Shown here in pieces: positions 1 to 10,764 of a DNA stretch of 64,000 nucleotides (position 1 is the first letter of the stretch; each line of letters begins with the position of its first letter). The notes under the pieces are model-generated. The model was given only the letters and a program-made list of their open reading frames with translations, made no database searches and had not been told where the DNA came from. The translations under genes were made by a program, and so were the position numbers. This DNA comes from an uncultured Planctomycetaceae bacterium (lineage in GTDB: Bacteria; Planctomycetota; Planctomycetia; Isosphaerales; Isosphaeraceae). The DNA lies in contig CAWIAD010000001.1 in assembly GCA_963833985.1 (NCBI GenBank), positions 3,264,001-3,328,000 on the forward strand. Direction: 5' to 3'.

Positions 1-447
1 GGGCAGTCTCTGGTGACCGCATTCACGAATCGCGAAGGTATGTGCCACACGCCGGCCAGTCTCAAGCCTGGGCGGCACTGGATCGTGGTTCAGTCCGCGA
101 ACCATGCCGCGGCGTGGCGGACGATCCTGGCCGGCGAGGTCCTCTCGGCCCACCAGTTCATCCTCGAGCCGGGTGAGTTCATCATAGGCAAGGTCGTGAG
201 CGCGGGCGGCGATGCCGTCGCGGGCGCGGCGGTGGGCTGGGCTCAGCCGGTCACGCAGGACCCCCGATCAGGTCGATCGCCCGAGCTTGACACCATGACC
301 GCCGCCGGAGTCGACGGCACCTTCCGGCTTGGTCCCTTGCCGCCCGGCGAGTTCGTCATCACTGCCGTGGCCCGTTCACCTCGGTGGGTCGGGAAGGTCT
401 CCGCCAGGGCCGGGGCAACCGCCGTGATCACCCTCTCTCCGGAGTGA
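1..447 (+). CDS. 3' part of a carboxypeptidase-regulatory-like (beta-sandwich repeat) protein, truncated by the window edge
   Basis: Frame is open from base 1. Repeat signature IIGKVVSAGGDAVAGAAV...AGVDGTFRLGPLPPGEFVITA. Confidence 0.65.
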   Translation, partial: GQSLVTAFTNREGMCHTPASLKPGRHWIVVQSANHAAAWRTILAGEVLSAHQFILEPGEFIIGKVVSAGGDAVAGAAVGWAQPVTQDPRSGRSPELDTMTAAGVDGTFRLGPLPPGEFVITAVARSPRWVGKVSARAGATAVITLSPE

Positions 448-523
448 TCACGGCTCACGGGACTGCCCTCCGGATCAACGACGTGCCGCTGATGTGGAGC
501 GCGGCATTCGGAGAGTCGTCCAC

Positions 524-850
524 TCAAGGTCCAACATGCAAAAGCAGGGGGTTGCGGCTCACGATCTCGGCATCAGGCCATCCACTCTCGCCATCCACAT
601 AGACCTGATAGATCATGGGAAGAGCGGGGGGCACGCGTTCCGGTGTGAACTCGCCCCGCTCGTCGGTCGTGGCCACGCTCAATCCGCGGTTTCCCGAGCC
701 GGCGGCGACCTGGGCCTGAGCGACTGGCTGATCCCTGCCCTGCACCAGCCGACCCCTGATCGTCGTTCCCGGAACAACCTCGATCGCGGGCAGTTCGAAT
801 GCGCGAGCCAGTCCGGAATCGTGGTTCGCTCGCTCCAGGGCTCTCCTAAT
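524..850 (-). pseudogene. Remnant C-terminal fragment of a carboxypeptidase-regulatory-like repeat protein
   Basis: Frame reads FELPAIEVVPGTTIRGRLVQGRDQPVAQAQV...ATTDERGEF, but is bounded upstream by an in-frame TAA (851-853) with no convincing start. Confidence 0.45.
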
Positions 851-1034
851 TTAGAAAACGCGATGGACGTTTTGTCCCTTCGGGATAAGTGCCGGCAGGC
901 GGGCGCGATCGCTTTGTTTATCCGGGAGCGCGCGGGGGGAATCAAGAAAGTGTCGCGTCACCGCGCGGCCGGTACCTGGAGTCCGGGCCGCAGTCCCGGA
1001 CAACCGCAGTCCGGCACTCTGCGATGTACCGGCT

Positions 1035-4000
1035 TCACGAATCGCGACGGACCGTGACCGGCTCATGGCCGCCCGATTCAACCGGCCGCCGGTGAGTCAT
1101 CGATCGCCTGGGCGGCGGGATCGGTCCGCCCGCTTCGGGACCATGCGCCAGCAGGATCGTCTGCGCGGGTGGTGCAACCTGAACCCCCAGGCGTGCGGCC
1201 TGCTCGAGAATCTCCCGGTTCAGTTCATCGCGGGCCGCCAGTTCCTCGGAGCCGCTGGCAACGGTGAAGTAGACGTTCACCAGCAGGTCGACGGTCGTAC
1301 TATTCAGGGTGTGGATGTAGATGTCGGCCCTGCCGGCGCAGATGCGGGGATGGTCCTGGGTGTAGCCGCGCAGGCTGTCGCGCAGCGCGATCAGCCGGTC
1401 GGCGGGGGTATCGTAAGCGACGCTCACGAAGGTTTTGTAACGCCGCATGTTGCGTGCACCCCGGTTGTCGATCGAGACGTTGGCGATGATCGAGTTGGGA
1501 ATCGTGATCAGCGAGTCGTCGGGCGTGCGCAGCTTCGTCGACCGGAAGCCCACGCTCTCGACCATGCCCTCCATCCCGCTGACGACGATCGAATCACCGA
1601 TCCGGAACGGGTGCTCGCCGATCAGCAGCAGGGTCCCGAAGAAATTCTTGAGCGTATCCTGCGCGGCCAGAGAGGCGGCCAGTCCCACCAGGCCAAGACC
1701 GGCCAGCAGCCGCGCCACCCATTCGCCGCTGCCCAGCAAGTAAACCTCCCACGACACGGCCACGATGAGCATGACCAGCTTGAGGACCCGCGCGGTCGTG
1801 GGCACGATCATATCGCTGAGGTTGCGGCGGTGTTGCAGATGTTCGCTGTGGGCGTAGACTGCCATGCTCAGATCAAGCAGGCGGAGGGCCATCCAGGCCA
1901 GCAAGCCGATCCAGAGGAACTTCAGAACAGGCAGGATTGTCCCCCAGACGGCGACCGGCAAGTCGAGCGGAGGCAATTGTGCCACGGCAAGGAAGAGGGC
2001 AAGCTGCCAGGCCAGCGGCCTGAGCTTGGCGTGCACGAACTCGTCGCTGAGATCGAACCGCGCCCTGCGCAGGCAGCGTCGGACCAACCGGTCCAGCACG
2101 CGAGAAACGATCCAGGCCATGCCGCCCGCCAGAATCAGCACCACCGCCAAGCCCACCCACTGGTAGAGGGCGAGCCCCATCACCGGAGCCTGGACCCAGT
2201 ACGGCAGCACTTGCCTTAGCCAGATGCCCAGACCGGCCGCGCTGGCCGGGCGGAACGAGGCCCCGGACGGGTAGAGGAGCGTGCCATGGCTCGGTGATTG
2301 CTCCAGCGCGGCGAGGAACATCGTCTCGATCTGCCGGGTGGTCTCGGCCGTGAACAGCCAGTCGCGCCTGGCCTCTTCGCCAGCAGTCGGCTCCAGGCTG
2401 ATCCGTCCCAGCGGGCCGCGATAGAAGACAAAACGCGGCCCTTCAACCTCGTTGGGAATCTCCTGCAAGTGCACGGGGCCGATCTGGTCGATCACGAACT
2501 TCAGCTTGCGCAAGCATCGGTCCAATATCGGTGCGGGCGCGGATCGGGATCGAACCCAGGTCGATGGCGCGCGCAGCCTGCGCATCGTCGCCGCGGTCCG
2601 CGGCACGCAGAAACGTGCGCACGGTCTGCCGCGCGGAGCCATAGCGCGAGGCCTGATCCTTGCGAGACTTTTCAGCGGGAGAGAGACGGTCGAACATCTC
2701 GGGAACCCGCGCGATCGTCTCGACATCGAACCGCCAGCAGCTGTCGGCTTGCGGTGCCAGCGTCACCTGCCACGGGTTTTCCGAGCCGAAGGTCTGCGGC
2801 TCGGCGTTCCAGGAATCCGGCACGGACACCAGCTCGATGTTCAGGTGCTGGAGCACCGCGTCCAGCTTGGCGGCAAGGCGCAAGCCCACTGCGATCCTGT
2901 CGGCTTCGGCAACCTCCTTGAGGCTCAGGCACGAGAGCACCAGCCGCGTGCGGGCATCATCAAGCTCCAGATCGTCCATGGCCTCGAGAAACGTTTGCAA
3001 GGTTGCCCGTGGCGAGGCCAGATCGCGAGGCACTCTCTGGGGCGGAGGCGTCTGCTCCGCGCCTGGCTCGGCCAGGGAACTGGCGTCAATCATGACCCCC
3101 AGGAACTCGTAGCGGGGGTCGGGCGGCGCCTTGCGGAAGCCCTCGACCAGCGCGTCCAGGTTGTACAGAGTGGCCCTGCTGAACAGCCATGCGTCCTTGT
3201 CGTCGGCCTGGCTGACCCGGTCGATCATGATCCGCCCGCGGTGGTTGGAATGCCAGATATAACGCGAGCCGTGGGGATCGCTGATGATCTCCTGAGGGTA
3301 CACGAACCCGCAGCGCTCGATCACGAAGGCCAGTTTGCGCGCCATTTCCGGCCCCCGCACGGCACGCAGTTTGGGGGCAACGTCGCGGAGATCAAGGCAG
3401 CGGGCCGCCGCCGAGAAGTTGCGCCGGGCCACGTCGCTCAGGAACGTGCGCATCGTGCTCTCGGGGTCTGTGCGTCCCGGGGCCAGCTTCATCCGCGACT
3501 CCTGGCTTGGACGCTGCGTGCGAAAGTTCTCCAGCCGCATGGAGGCGATTTGCCTGACCGTGCGGGCATCGAACCGCCATTTTCCGTCTGGCTGTCGCTC
3601 CAGCACGATATGCATTGGATCGCGATCCACGATCACGAAGGACCGGGCCGGTGAGTCCGGATCGTCGGAGACCGAGTAAAGTGCAATGTCCTGGCTGTTG
3701 ACGATCGAGTTCAGTTCGTGGGCCATGAGCGCAGCGTCACGCTCGTTCACCTTCGTGCCCACCTCGCGGTAGTTCAGACAGTCGATCGCGTTGGCCACAA
3801 GCTCAGGAGCCAGGTCGTAGCAATAAATGGCGAAGTAGAAGGTTTCGAGCATCCGCCGAGGCGTCGTACGATCATTCCAGCGGGCAATATCCGCCGCCGA
3901 CCGGCGCGGCACCGGCACCTGGAAGCCGAATGCTGGCTGGCTTGCGCCCTGAACGGTGGCCGACCCGATGCCCTGGGCATGTGCAAGGTCGTTGCAGCCT

Positions 4001-4062
4001 TGAAGTACCAGCAAAAGGCCCAGCAGGCGGCTGGCCCCAAGCGGGAATGGAACCGTGCGCAT
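1035..4062 (-). CDS. Large MscS-family mechanosensitive channel with repeated periplasmic N-terminal domains; frameshifted near 2505-2512
   Basis: ORF 2443..4110 (signal peptide, PR.T..TF repeats) joins ORF 1035..2726 as MLA|RKLKFVID. C-terminal MscS motifs ASLAAQDTLKNFFG, PFRIGD, GMVESVGFRST, IPNS. Confidence 0.88.
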
Positions 4063-4265
4063 CAGGCATCCTTGCCCTGGCATGGAAAGCTGAAGACGTG
4101 CTTCCGGCACGTCGGAAGCGGCAGGACACGCGTCCGTGCATTCGCCACAGCATAGAACTTCGACCGTTTATCACAAGGCGAAATTGCCCGTCACGGCTGT
4201 CCACCCGGGTGGTGCGCTTCCCGCGGGGGACTGCCTGGAACCGAGGCCGCGCAAAGAGCACAGCG

Positions 4266-5213
4266 TCAGTGTGCTTCGTCTGCGGTTTCGGCCCGGTGCT
4301 CCTCCGCGTAGGCGTCATCTTCGGGAAGATAGCCCAGCACCTCGGCAGCGTCGGTAAGGTCCCACCTCGTACCGTGATTGCGCGACACGCCGTTGACCAC
4401 CAGGAATGAGCGGTCCTCGATCTCGGCCTCCACCGCGGCGTCGAAGAGCTGAACCAGGTCGTGGTTGGAAAGCCACATCCTCCTGGCCCAGTCATCCGGC
4501 AAGCTCTCTGCTCGGTTACGTCCCTCTTGCACCCAGCCGATCCGCAGCGCCACGAACGTGAGGTCGAACGCCAGGGCGAGGCTTCTGCCCAGCCGCTCGC
4601 CGACCAGCTTGAGCATGCCGTAATCGTTGCCCGGCCTGGGTGCAAGATCGACGCTGATCATCTCCTCGTCAAGATGCTTGTAGCCGCCCATGACGTGGTT
4701 CGAGCTGGCAAAAACAATCCGGTCCACGCCCGCCAGGGCAGCCGCGTTGAAGACGTTGGCCATCGCGTCAAGGTTATGCGGAATCAGATCCTCCAGCGCG
4801 CAGGTCTCATCGGAGTTCGCTGCCAGATGCACCACGGCATCGACGCCGTGAAAATGTGTGATCCAGTCCTCGTCCATGACGCTCAGATCGGCCCGGAAAA
4901 CGTCGTCATCGTCGGGGCCAGGGTTGGCGTCCAGGAGGATCAGGTCGTAAACATCTTCCCAGGCGGCCCGCAACTTTCGGCCAATGTTGCCACATGCCCC
5001 TGTTATCAGCACAACCCTTGGCTCGCTATCGACTTCCAGATCAAGCGAGTCGTCCGTCTGAAGATCGTCGTCCTCGTCGTCGAAGTCATCATCCTGATCG
5101 TCGTCGAGGTCTTCGGGATCGAGAATCGGCAGGTCGCTCCTGGAATCGCGGTGAGCGTGGAGTTTGCGTGCTTCACCTTCCTCTTCCTCTTCGGCGGACC
5201 AGTCGGGACACAT
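4266..5213 (-). CDS. NAD(P)-dependent epimerase/dehydratase (extended SDR, uronate-dehydrogenase-like) with acidic N-terminal extension
   Basis: VLITGACGNIG Rossmann motif, VVHLAA, FASSNH, YGMLK (YxxxK), LRIG. Confidence 0.85.
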   Translation of the reverse strand: MCPDWSAEEEEEGEARKLHAHRDSRSDLPILDPEDLDDDQDDDFDDEDDDLQTDDSLDLEVDSEPRVVLITGACGNIGRKLRAAWEDVYDLILLDANPGPDDDDVFRADLSVMDEDWITHFHGVDAVVHLAANSDETCALEDLIPHNLDAMANVFNAAALAGVDRIVFASSNHVMGGYKHLDEEMISVDLAPRPGNDYGMLKLVGERLGRSLALAFDLTFVALRIGWVQEGRNRAESLPDDWARRMWLSNHDLVQLFDAAVEAEIEDRSFLVVNGVSRNHGTRWDLTDAAEVLGYLPEDDAYAEEHRAETADEAH

Positions 5214-5436
5214 AAGGATCGTCCTTTCTTTGAGCTCGAAGTGAGGCTGGCTGGGCGCGACCCGCTCGCGCGATCCGTAGTATTGGGTAGAAAGCAGTCT
5301 ACCATCTTTTCAAATCTTCGACACGTGCCAGATCGGGAACACACGGCGTTGCCCGCGCCGTGCTGCACAGTCCTGCCTAGACCCTGCCGCGGTCTCTCGA
5401 TACCGTGAACATTGAAAATCCCCGAGCCGGTCGCAT

Positions 5437-8400
5437 GTGAAGCCGGATCCGCACGACCAATCAGCCAGAGATGCACGGATGTCTCACTCGAGCGGCGTGC
5501 GGCGAGATGCCTTGAACTGGTTGGACCGCACGCGAGGCCGGTTCCGACGAGAGGCGTTTGTACGCGCCGGCCGGACCGGTGCGCTTACCTTGCTGGTAAT
5601 ACTCGGCTTGATGGCTCTCTGGCGGTACGCCGGGGAAAGCCGGCTCGGCCATATCAGGCTCACGAACTACGGTCCCGCGCTCCGCGTCCTGGTGCAGGAC
5701 GAGAGCGGCAAGCAGACGATTGGCGAGGCGCTGGACCTGGTCTCGCAAGTCACGCTGGGTTTGCCCGACGGCGAATACCGGCTGCTAGTCAGCGGTACTG
5801 GCCGCATGGGCCAGACGCTCCGGCTCGCCGTCAATCGGGGCGAGACGATCGAGTACACGCTCTCGCTCGACGAAGGTCGCATGCTCGGCCGCTATCCGGA
5901 CGGAACCCCATACTCTGGAATTGGCGATCCTCCGCGTGATGAGCCGATGCCGTTCGCGATCATCACCACGGCCCTGGAACTGACGCCCGGCAAGTTTGAC
6001 CTGGTCGAGTTCAACGGCAGGAGCATGCTGCGCCGCGACTCCGCCACGGGGAAAATACTCTGGGACACCGCCAACCCTGACAATGCGTTTCATCCGGCCC
6101 ATGACCCTGCCCAGTGGGTGAGGCGGATTCCCGCACTCCGCGGGGGCATGCACTTCATCGAACCGGCCACCGACCTGGATGGCGACGGCACACGTGACGT
6201 GCTCGTCGAGGTCGAATACTCGTGCGCGTTCCTGGCACTTTCCGGCAAGGACGGCTTGATGCTCTGGAATCACGTCGCGGCAGTCGACGGCTCCGGTGGT
6301 CCGCAGCCGGAGGGACCAAGCTTGCCCGGACCTCTCCGGAATGCCAGCAGGCAAAGCTCCGTCATCGGCCGGCCCTCCATCGAAGACGTGGATGGCGACG
6401 GCGCACCAGACGTACTCGCCACCATGGTTTTTCACGAATTCGACTCCGAAGTCGAGCGGCGCACCGGCAAGCCGCGAACGAATGCGGACCCTGCCTTTTC
6501 CTGGCGCGTGATCCAGGCAATCTCGGGCCGGACGGGCCGCCGACTCTGGTCCTGTCCCGTCGATCCCGGCTTCTCGCTGATCCAGGCGCGCTACTGGGAT
6601 CACCCGGCGACCCTCGTGCGCGGCCGGCAGCCGGCGATGATCTGGATGCTGGACGGAACAAAGGTCACGCGCATCGACCCGGCCAGCGGCAAGCCTCGAT
6701 CCGGATCATTCGATCTTGGCGTTGCGCCCGTGCGGCCGCTCCAGTTTGCCGATCTCGACGGCGATGGCGAACCTGAGATCCTGGCGCTGGGGCCGGGACC
6801 GATGGTCAAGCAGCAGACGCTCACGGCCGTCTCGGCTCGCGACGGCAAGCCACGCTGGGCCGCCACCATCCGTGCGGAGTATCCCCAGCAAGGAGGCTGG
6901 ATGCCGCGGCACGAGTGGCCGTGGCTCGTTGATGTGGACGACGACGGCAGGACCGAGATCCTGGTTCCCGACACCGGCCCGCTGACGCCGGCGGCAAGCG
7001 CTCGCGGCCTGGCGATGCTCGACGGCTCGAGTGGACAGCCGCGCTGGGTGCGGCGAATTCAGCTCGAAACCAAGGCAAACGATGGAATGGAACATCTGCT
7101 CGAGTCTCCTGACCTCGACGGCGACGGCTGCCGCGAGCTGGTCGCGGTCTCAAGATGCGACGGGCGCGACCCGCCCACCACGCCCAGGGACCCGCGAATC
7201 GAGCCGAAGCGGTTATACGTCGACCTGCTTGCGGGCAAGGATGGTCATCTGCTCTGGACCTGGCATGTCGACCTGTCGGAGAACAAGTACCCTCACATCT
7301 TTGCGCCGCGGTGGTGGGGACGCGGGCCGGACGGATGGCCGTTCCTGGCCGTGCCGATGGGTGGTAAAGATCCGGACGGCAACGAGTTCAACCAGCCGTC
7401 CTCGCAGTTTCAGGCGCCGATCGTCCATGTCCTGGAAGCAACGACCGGACGCCTCGTGCATGAGGTCCTCGGACTCAGGCAGACCAGGACGGCCGACCTG
7501 GATGGTGACGGCATCATCGACCTCTGGGGAGAGGCCGACGGCCAGCTCCAGGCGTTTCGCGGTGCGCCGCCGGAGGCGTGGCGGGCGCTCGGGCAATACG
7601 CACCAGCCGGTAATGAGACCCAACCCCCTGGTCTTGACCAGTCGCGCAGAGCCGCCGATCTCGATGGCGACGGCATCGCCGATGTCCTCGGCATGGGACC
7701 GCGGGTTGGATACTCTCCGGGGGACTCGACGAGCGATTCGAGGGGATCACGCACGGCGATTGCCCGTTCGGGCAAGGACGGGCATCTGCTCTGGAAGACC
7801 GTGCTCGACCCCTCGCGGTTCTGGCTGCTTCCCGAGCACGCCCGGAGTTATAGCCTGAGCGCCTCTCCAGCGCCGGCCGGCGATCTGGACGGCGATGGCA
7901 CACCCGACATCCTGGTGCAGAAGCAGACGCAGGACGTGACCGAGATCGGTCGCAGGTCCGCGACCCTGCCTCTGCAAGTTCTCTCTGGCCGCGACGGCCG
8001 GCCGCTCTGGTCGGCCGGGCCGTTGCCGCTCGGATTCGAGGCTTATGGGTACTCCCAGATCCACTCACTTTCACTTCGGGTCATCAAGCCGGGCTCACCG
8101 CCCGACCTGGTGGTTCTGCACCGCAGCCCCTTCCTGGCCGCGAGTCCCAGGCCGTTTGTACCATCGCCCTGGGCACCCGCGCAGACGCGACTGGCGCGGG
8201 TGTCGGGGCGGACCGGGCTGGTGGTCTGGGACATCGCCATGGAGGAGCAACCGCAAGGCCAGGATCCGGGGTTCCCTCTGCTTCCGCAGATCGCCGATCT
8301 CGATGGCGACGGCAGCCTGGACGCCCTGCTCTTGACGCGATCCACGTCTCAGGGCAACAACCGGGAGATTGGCATCAAGGCTGTCTCGCTCCGCGACGGC

Positions 8401-9792
8401 AAGGTGCTCTGGTCGAGAGGACCGCACCAGGATCATCCCACGCCCGAGATTCCCCAGATCGAGCTGGCTGCCGGCGGGAAAGGTCGCGACGCTCAGATCT
8501 TTGTCGCCGTCGAACCGGCGTCGCGGACCGGACACGAGCTGGTCGTGCAGGCGCTCTCGGGCCGCGACGGCAGCACGCGCTGGACCTGGCGCACAGGAAT
8601 GGGCGAGGGCGATCGTGGCTGGAGTGGAGGAATCGACGCGATCGCGCTCGATGGCCCGGGGAAAGACGGCGTCTGCGTGACCTATAGCAATAACCGGCGC
8701 GAGAGCCATATCGTTCTCCTGGACAGGCAGGGGCACGAGCGTGCCCACCACGATTTCCCCCCGGAGCCCAAACCTACGCAGTACTTTCCCCCGGTCTGGG
8801 ATACGATGCTCGACCTCGACGGCGACGGACGCGACGAGATCCTGCTCTGGTACAATCAGCGGCTGTACGCCTGGAAGAACGACCTCACGGAACTCTGGTC
8901 GCAACCGGCGCAGGACTGGCAGGTGCGCCGCTTCCTGCCGGCCAGGCTGGGCCAGCCGGGCACGCTCTTCATGGCTCCGGGCACGGCCCTGAACGCGATC
9001 ACTGGCCAGGCGCTCTGGGCTTACAAGTTCCCGCCACCGTACTGGGGCCATTCCGCCATGGTGCTCGAAACAGGGGACGACAGGCGGCTCCCCTTGCTCC
9101 TGTCCGCTGGACAGCATGCCAGCCTGTGTCGAGCGCCCTTGCCCACCACGCCCACGGGCAACTATCTTCCACTCGCAGGCGCACCCGTGCCGCCCGGCCT
9201 GACCCGCGAAGATCCCCGCTGGACGCGCCCGCTTCCCTGGACCAGGGTGGTGGTGCACGAACTCGGAACAAGGGGATTTCTGGCCCTTGCCGGTCTGGGC
9301 CTGGTGAATGTGGTCCTGCCGCTCATGGTGCTGCGGCTCCTCGCGCGCGGGCGGTTCAGCGTGCGCGTGCTCATGGCCTTGCCGGTCGCGGCCGCGGTGC
9401 CGCTGTCGCTGCTGCTGGTCCTGGAACCGTTCATGCCCGCGCAGTTCGGTCCGCTTGCGGCCCCGCCCAGGACAGTTTTCCTGCTGGCCACGATCGCCGG
9501 CATCCCGATCGCCACGTACGCGGCATTTGCTGGCTGGTGGCTGGTGGAAGGCCGCTGGAGGCGCCTGGCGTGGCTTGCCGCCGGCACCCTTCTGGCGACC
9601 GTCGCCGTGGCCGTGGCCTGGATGTGCATCGACGCCAGGAACATGCCGGCCATCGAGCACTACGGGCGGAAGAACTGGTTTCGCGCCGCCATTCCGGGTG
9701 CTTACGCGGCCGGGTTGCTTCTGCCTGCCGCCTGGGCTGTGTTCCGCGTCGATCGCTGGCTGCGCCGGGCGACACGAGACCCAGCGACCTGA
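5437..9792 (+). CDS. 1451-aa membrane-anchored FG-GAP/PQQ-like beta-propeller repeat protein
   Basis: Ten D-[LV]-D-[GD]-D-G Ca-binding motifs, repeated SGxDGxxLW blades, N-terminal TM segment and several C-terminal hydrophobic helices. Confidence 0.85.
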   Translation: MKPDPHDQSARDARMSHSSGVRRDALNWLDRTRGRFRREAFVRAGRTGALTLLVILGLMALWRYAGESRLGHIRLTNYGPALRVLVQDESGKQTIGEALDLVSQVTLGLPDGEYRLLVSGTGRMGQTLRLAVNRGETIEYTLSLDEGRMLGRYPDGTPYSGIGDPPRDEPMPFAIITTALELTPGKFDLVEFNGRSMLRRDSATGKILWDTANPDNAFHPAHDPAQWVRRIPALRGGMHFIEPATDLDGDGTRDVLVEVEYSCAFLALSGKDGLMLWNHVAAVDGSGGPQPEGPSLPGPLRNASRQSSVIGRPSIEDVDGDGAPDVLATMVFHEFDSEVERRTGKPRTNADPAFSWRVIQAISGRTGRRLWSCPVDPGFSLIQARYWDHPATLVRGRQPAMIWMLDGTKVTRIDPASGKPRSGSFDLGVAPVRPLQFADLDGDGEPEILALGPGPMVKQQTLTAVSARDGKPRWAATIRAEYPQQGGWMPRHEWPWLVDVDDDGRTEILVPDTGPLTPAASARGLAMLDGSSGQPRWVRRIQLETKANDGMEHLLESPDLDGDGCRELVAVSRCDGRDPPTTPRDPRIEPKRLYVDLLAGKDGHLLWTWHVDLSENKYPHIFAPRWWGRGPDGWPFLAVPMGGKDPDGNEFNQPSSQFQAPIVHVLEATTGRLVHEVLGLRQTRTADLDGDGIIDLWGEADGQLQAFRGAPPEAWRALGQYAPAGNETQPPGLDQSRRAADLDGDGIADVLGMGPRVGYSPGDSTSDSRGSRTAIARSGKDGHLLWKTVLDPSRFWLLPEHARSYSLSASPAPAGDLDGDGTPDILVQKQTQDVTEIGRRSATLPLQVLSGRDGRPLWSAGPLPLGFEAYGYSQIHSLSLRVIKPGSPPDLVVLHRSPFLAASPRPFVPSPWAPAQTRLARVSGRTGLVVWDIAMEEQPQGQDPGFPLLPQIADLDGDGSLDALLLTRSTSQGNNREIGIKAVSLRDGKVLWSRGPHQDHPTPEIPQIELAAGGKGRDAQIFVAVEPASRTGHELVVQALSGRDGSTRWTWRTGMGEGDRGWSGGIDAIALDGPGKDGVCVTYSNNRRESHIVLLDRQGHERAHHDFPPEPKPTQYFPPVWDTMLDLDGDGRDEILLWYNQRLYAWKNDLTELWSQPAQDWQVRRFLPARLGQPGTLFMAPGTALNAITGQALWAYKFPPPYWGHSAMVLETGDDRRLPLLLSAGQHASLCRAPLPTTPTGNYLPLAGAPVPPGLTREDPRWTRPLPWTRVVVHELGTRGFLALAGLGLVNVVLPLMVLRLLARGRFSVRVLMALPVAAAVPLSLLLVLEPFMPAQFGPLAAPPRTVFLLATIAGIPIATYAAFAGWWLVEGRWRRLAWLAAGTLLATVAVAVAWMCIDARNMPAIEHYGRKNWFRAAIPGAYAAGLLLPAAWAVFRVDRWLRRATRDPAT

Positions 9793-9936
9793 TCCCTCCG
9801 TGTCCGTACCCGGCCCGGGCGAGCGTTCCGGCTCGTGAGCGCGAGGGCTACAATGGAAGCACGGTTCACGGGCCAGGGCGTGTCCGTGGCAAGTTCCGGA
9901 TTCCGCCCGGCGCGGAACGAATAGAGGAGCGCGATC

Positions 9937-10677
9937 ATGGCGACGGTACCTCGCCGGCAGCGAACGCTCGAGGTGGACTATCCGACGTCGGATGGCAAGC
10001 CCATGGCGGAAACGCTGCTCCACATGCAGGAGATGATCGATACCATCCAGGTGCTCGACGATTATTTCGCCGACCAGCCGAACGTCTACGTCTGCGGTAA
10101 TCTCCTGCTCTATTACGAGGAAGGCAACCCGCGCAAGAGCATCTCGCCCGACGTCCTGGTAGCGTTCGACGTGCCCAAGAAGCCTGAGCGTGAGTACTAC
10201 CTGGTCTGGAAGGAAGGGAAAGCCCCCGACTTCGTGGTCGAGATCACGTCGAAGACGACCAAGAACGTCGACTTGATCAAGAAGTTCGGGCTTTATCGTG
10301 ATGTCTTGAAGATTTCGGAATAATTTCTCTTCGATCCCCGGGCCGATTACCTGGCGCCGCGGCTCAAGGGATACTGTCTCGAGAATGGTGAGTACGTCGC
10401 CATCGAGCCGTTGGCCGGCCGGCTGCCCAGCCGGATACTCGGCCTGCATCTGGAATGCGACGGCGATCAGCTTCGAATCTTCGATCCGGCGTCGGGCGAG
10501 CGGTTGCTGACGCGGCAGGAAAGACTTGTCGCGGCCGATCATCGCGCCGCCAAAGCCGATCACCGCGCCGCGCAGTCGCTGGCCGCCCAGGAGCGACTGG
10601 TCGCGGAGAATGAGCGTCTCCGCCGCGAGATCGAAGCGCTCCGCGCTCGCTCGAACGAAACATCCACCGGCCATTGA
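9937..10677 (+). pseudogene. Uma2/DUF820 family endonuclease interrupted by an in-frame TAA at 10321-10323
   Basis: YPTSDGKPMAET, SPDVLV, PDFVVEITSKTT. After the stop the same frame continues FLFDPRADYL...LPSRILGLHL and a coiled-coil tail. Confidence 0.85.
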
Positions 10678-10764
10678 CGCGTGCCGCCATGAATGAATTC
10701 ACGGCTCCCGGGGTTGCTCAACCGCATAGAATCTGTGCGGTAAGAGACAATCCCGTGGGGCCTG

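Noticed and set aside
22..1047. 14-bp match TTCACGAATCGCGA at 22..35 and 1034..1047
   Set aside because: Both copies lie in unrelated coding sequence, a match this long is expected by chance in 64 kb of GC-rich DNA, and there are no element ends.
10321..10323. Possible stop-codon recoding in Uma2
   Set aside because: TAA is not the Sec or Pyl codon and is used as a normal stop elsewhere in the window.
8095..10674. 859-aa minus-strand ORF
   Set aside because: Antisense shadow of the FG-GAP and Uma2 genes with no motifs; typical of high-GC DNA.
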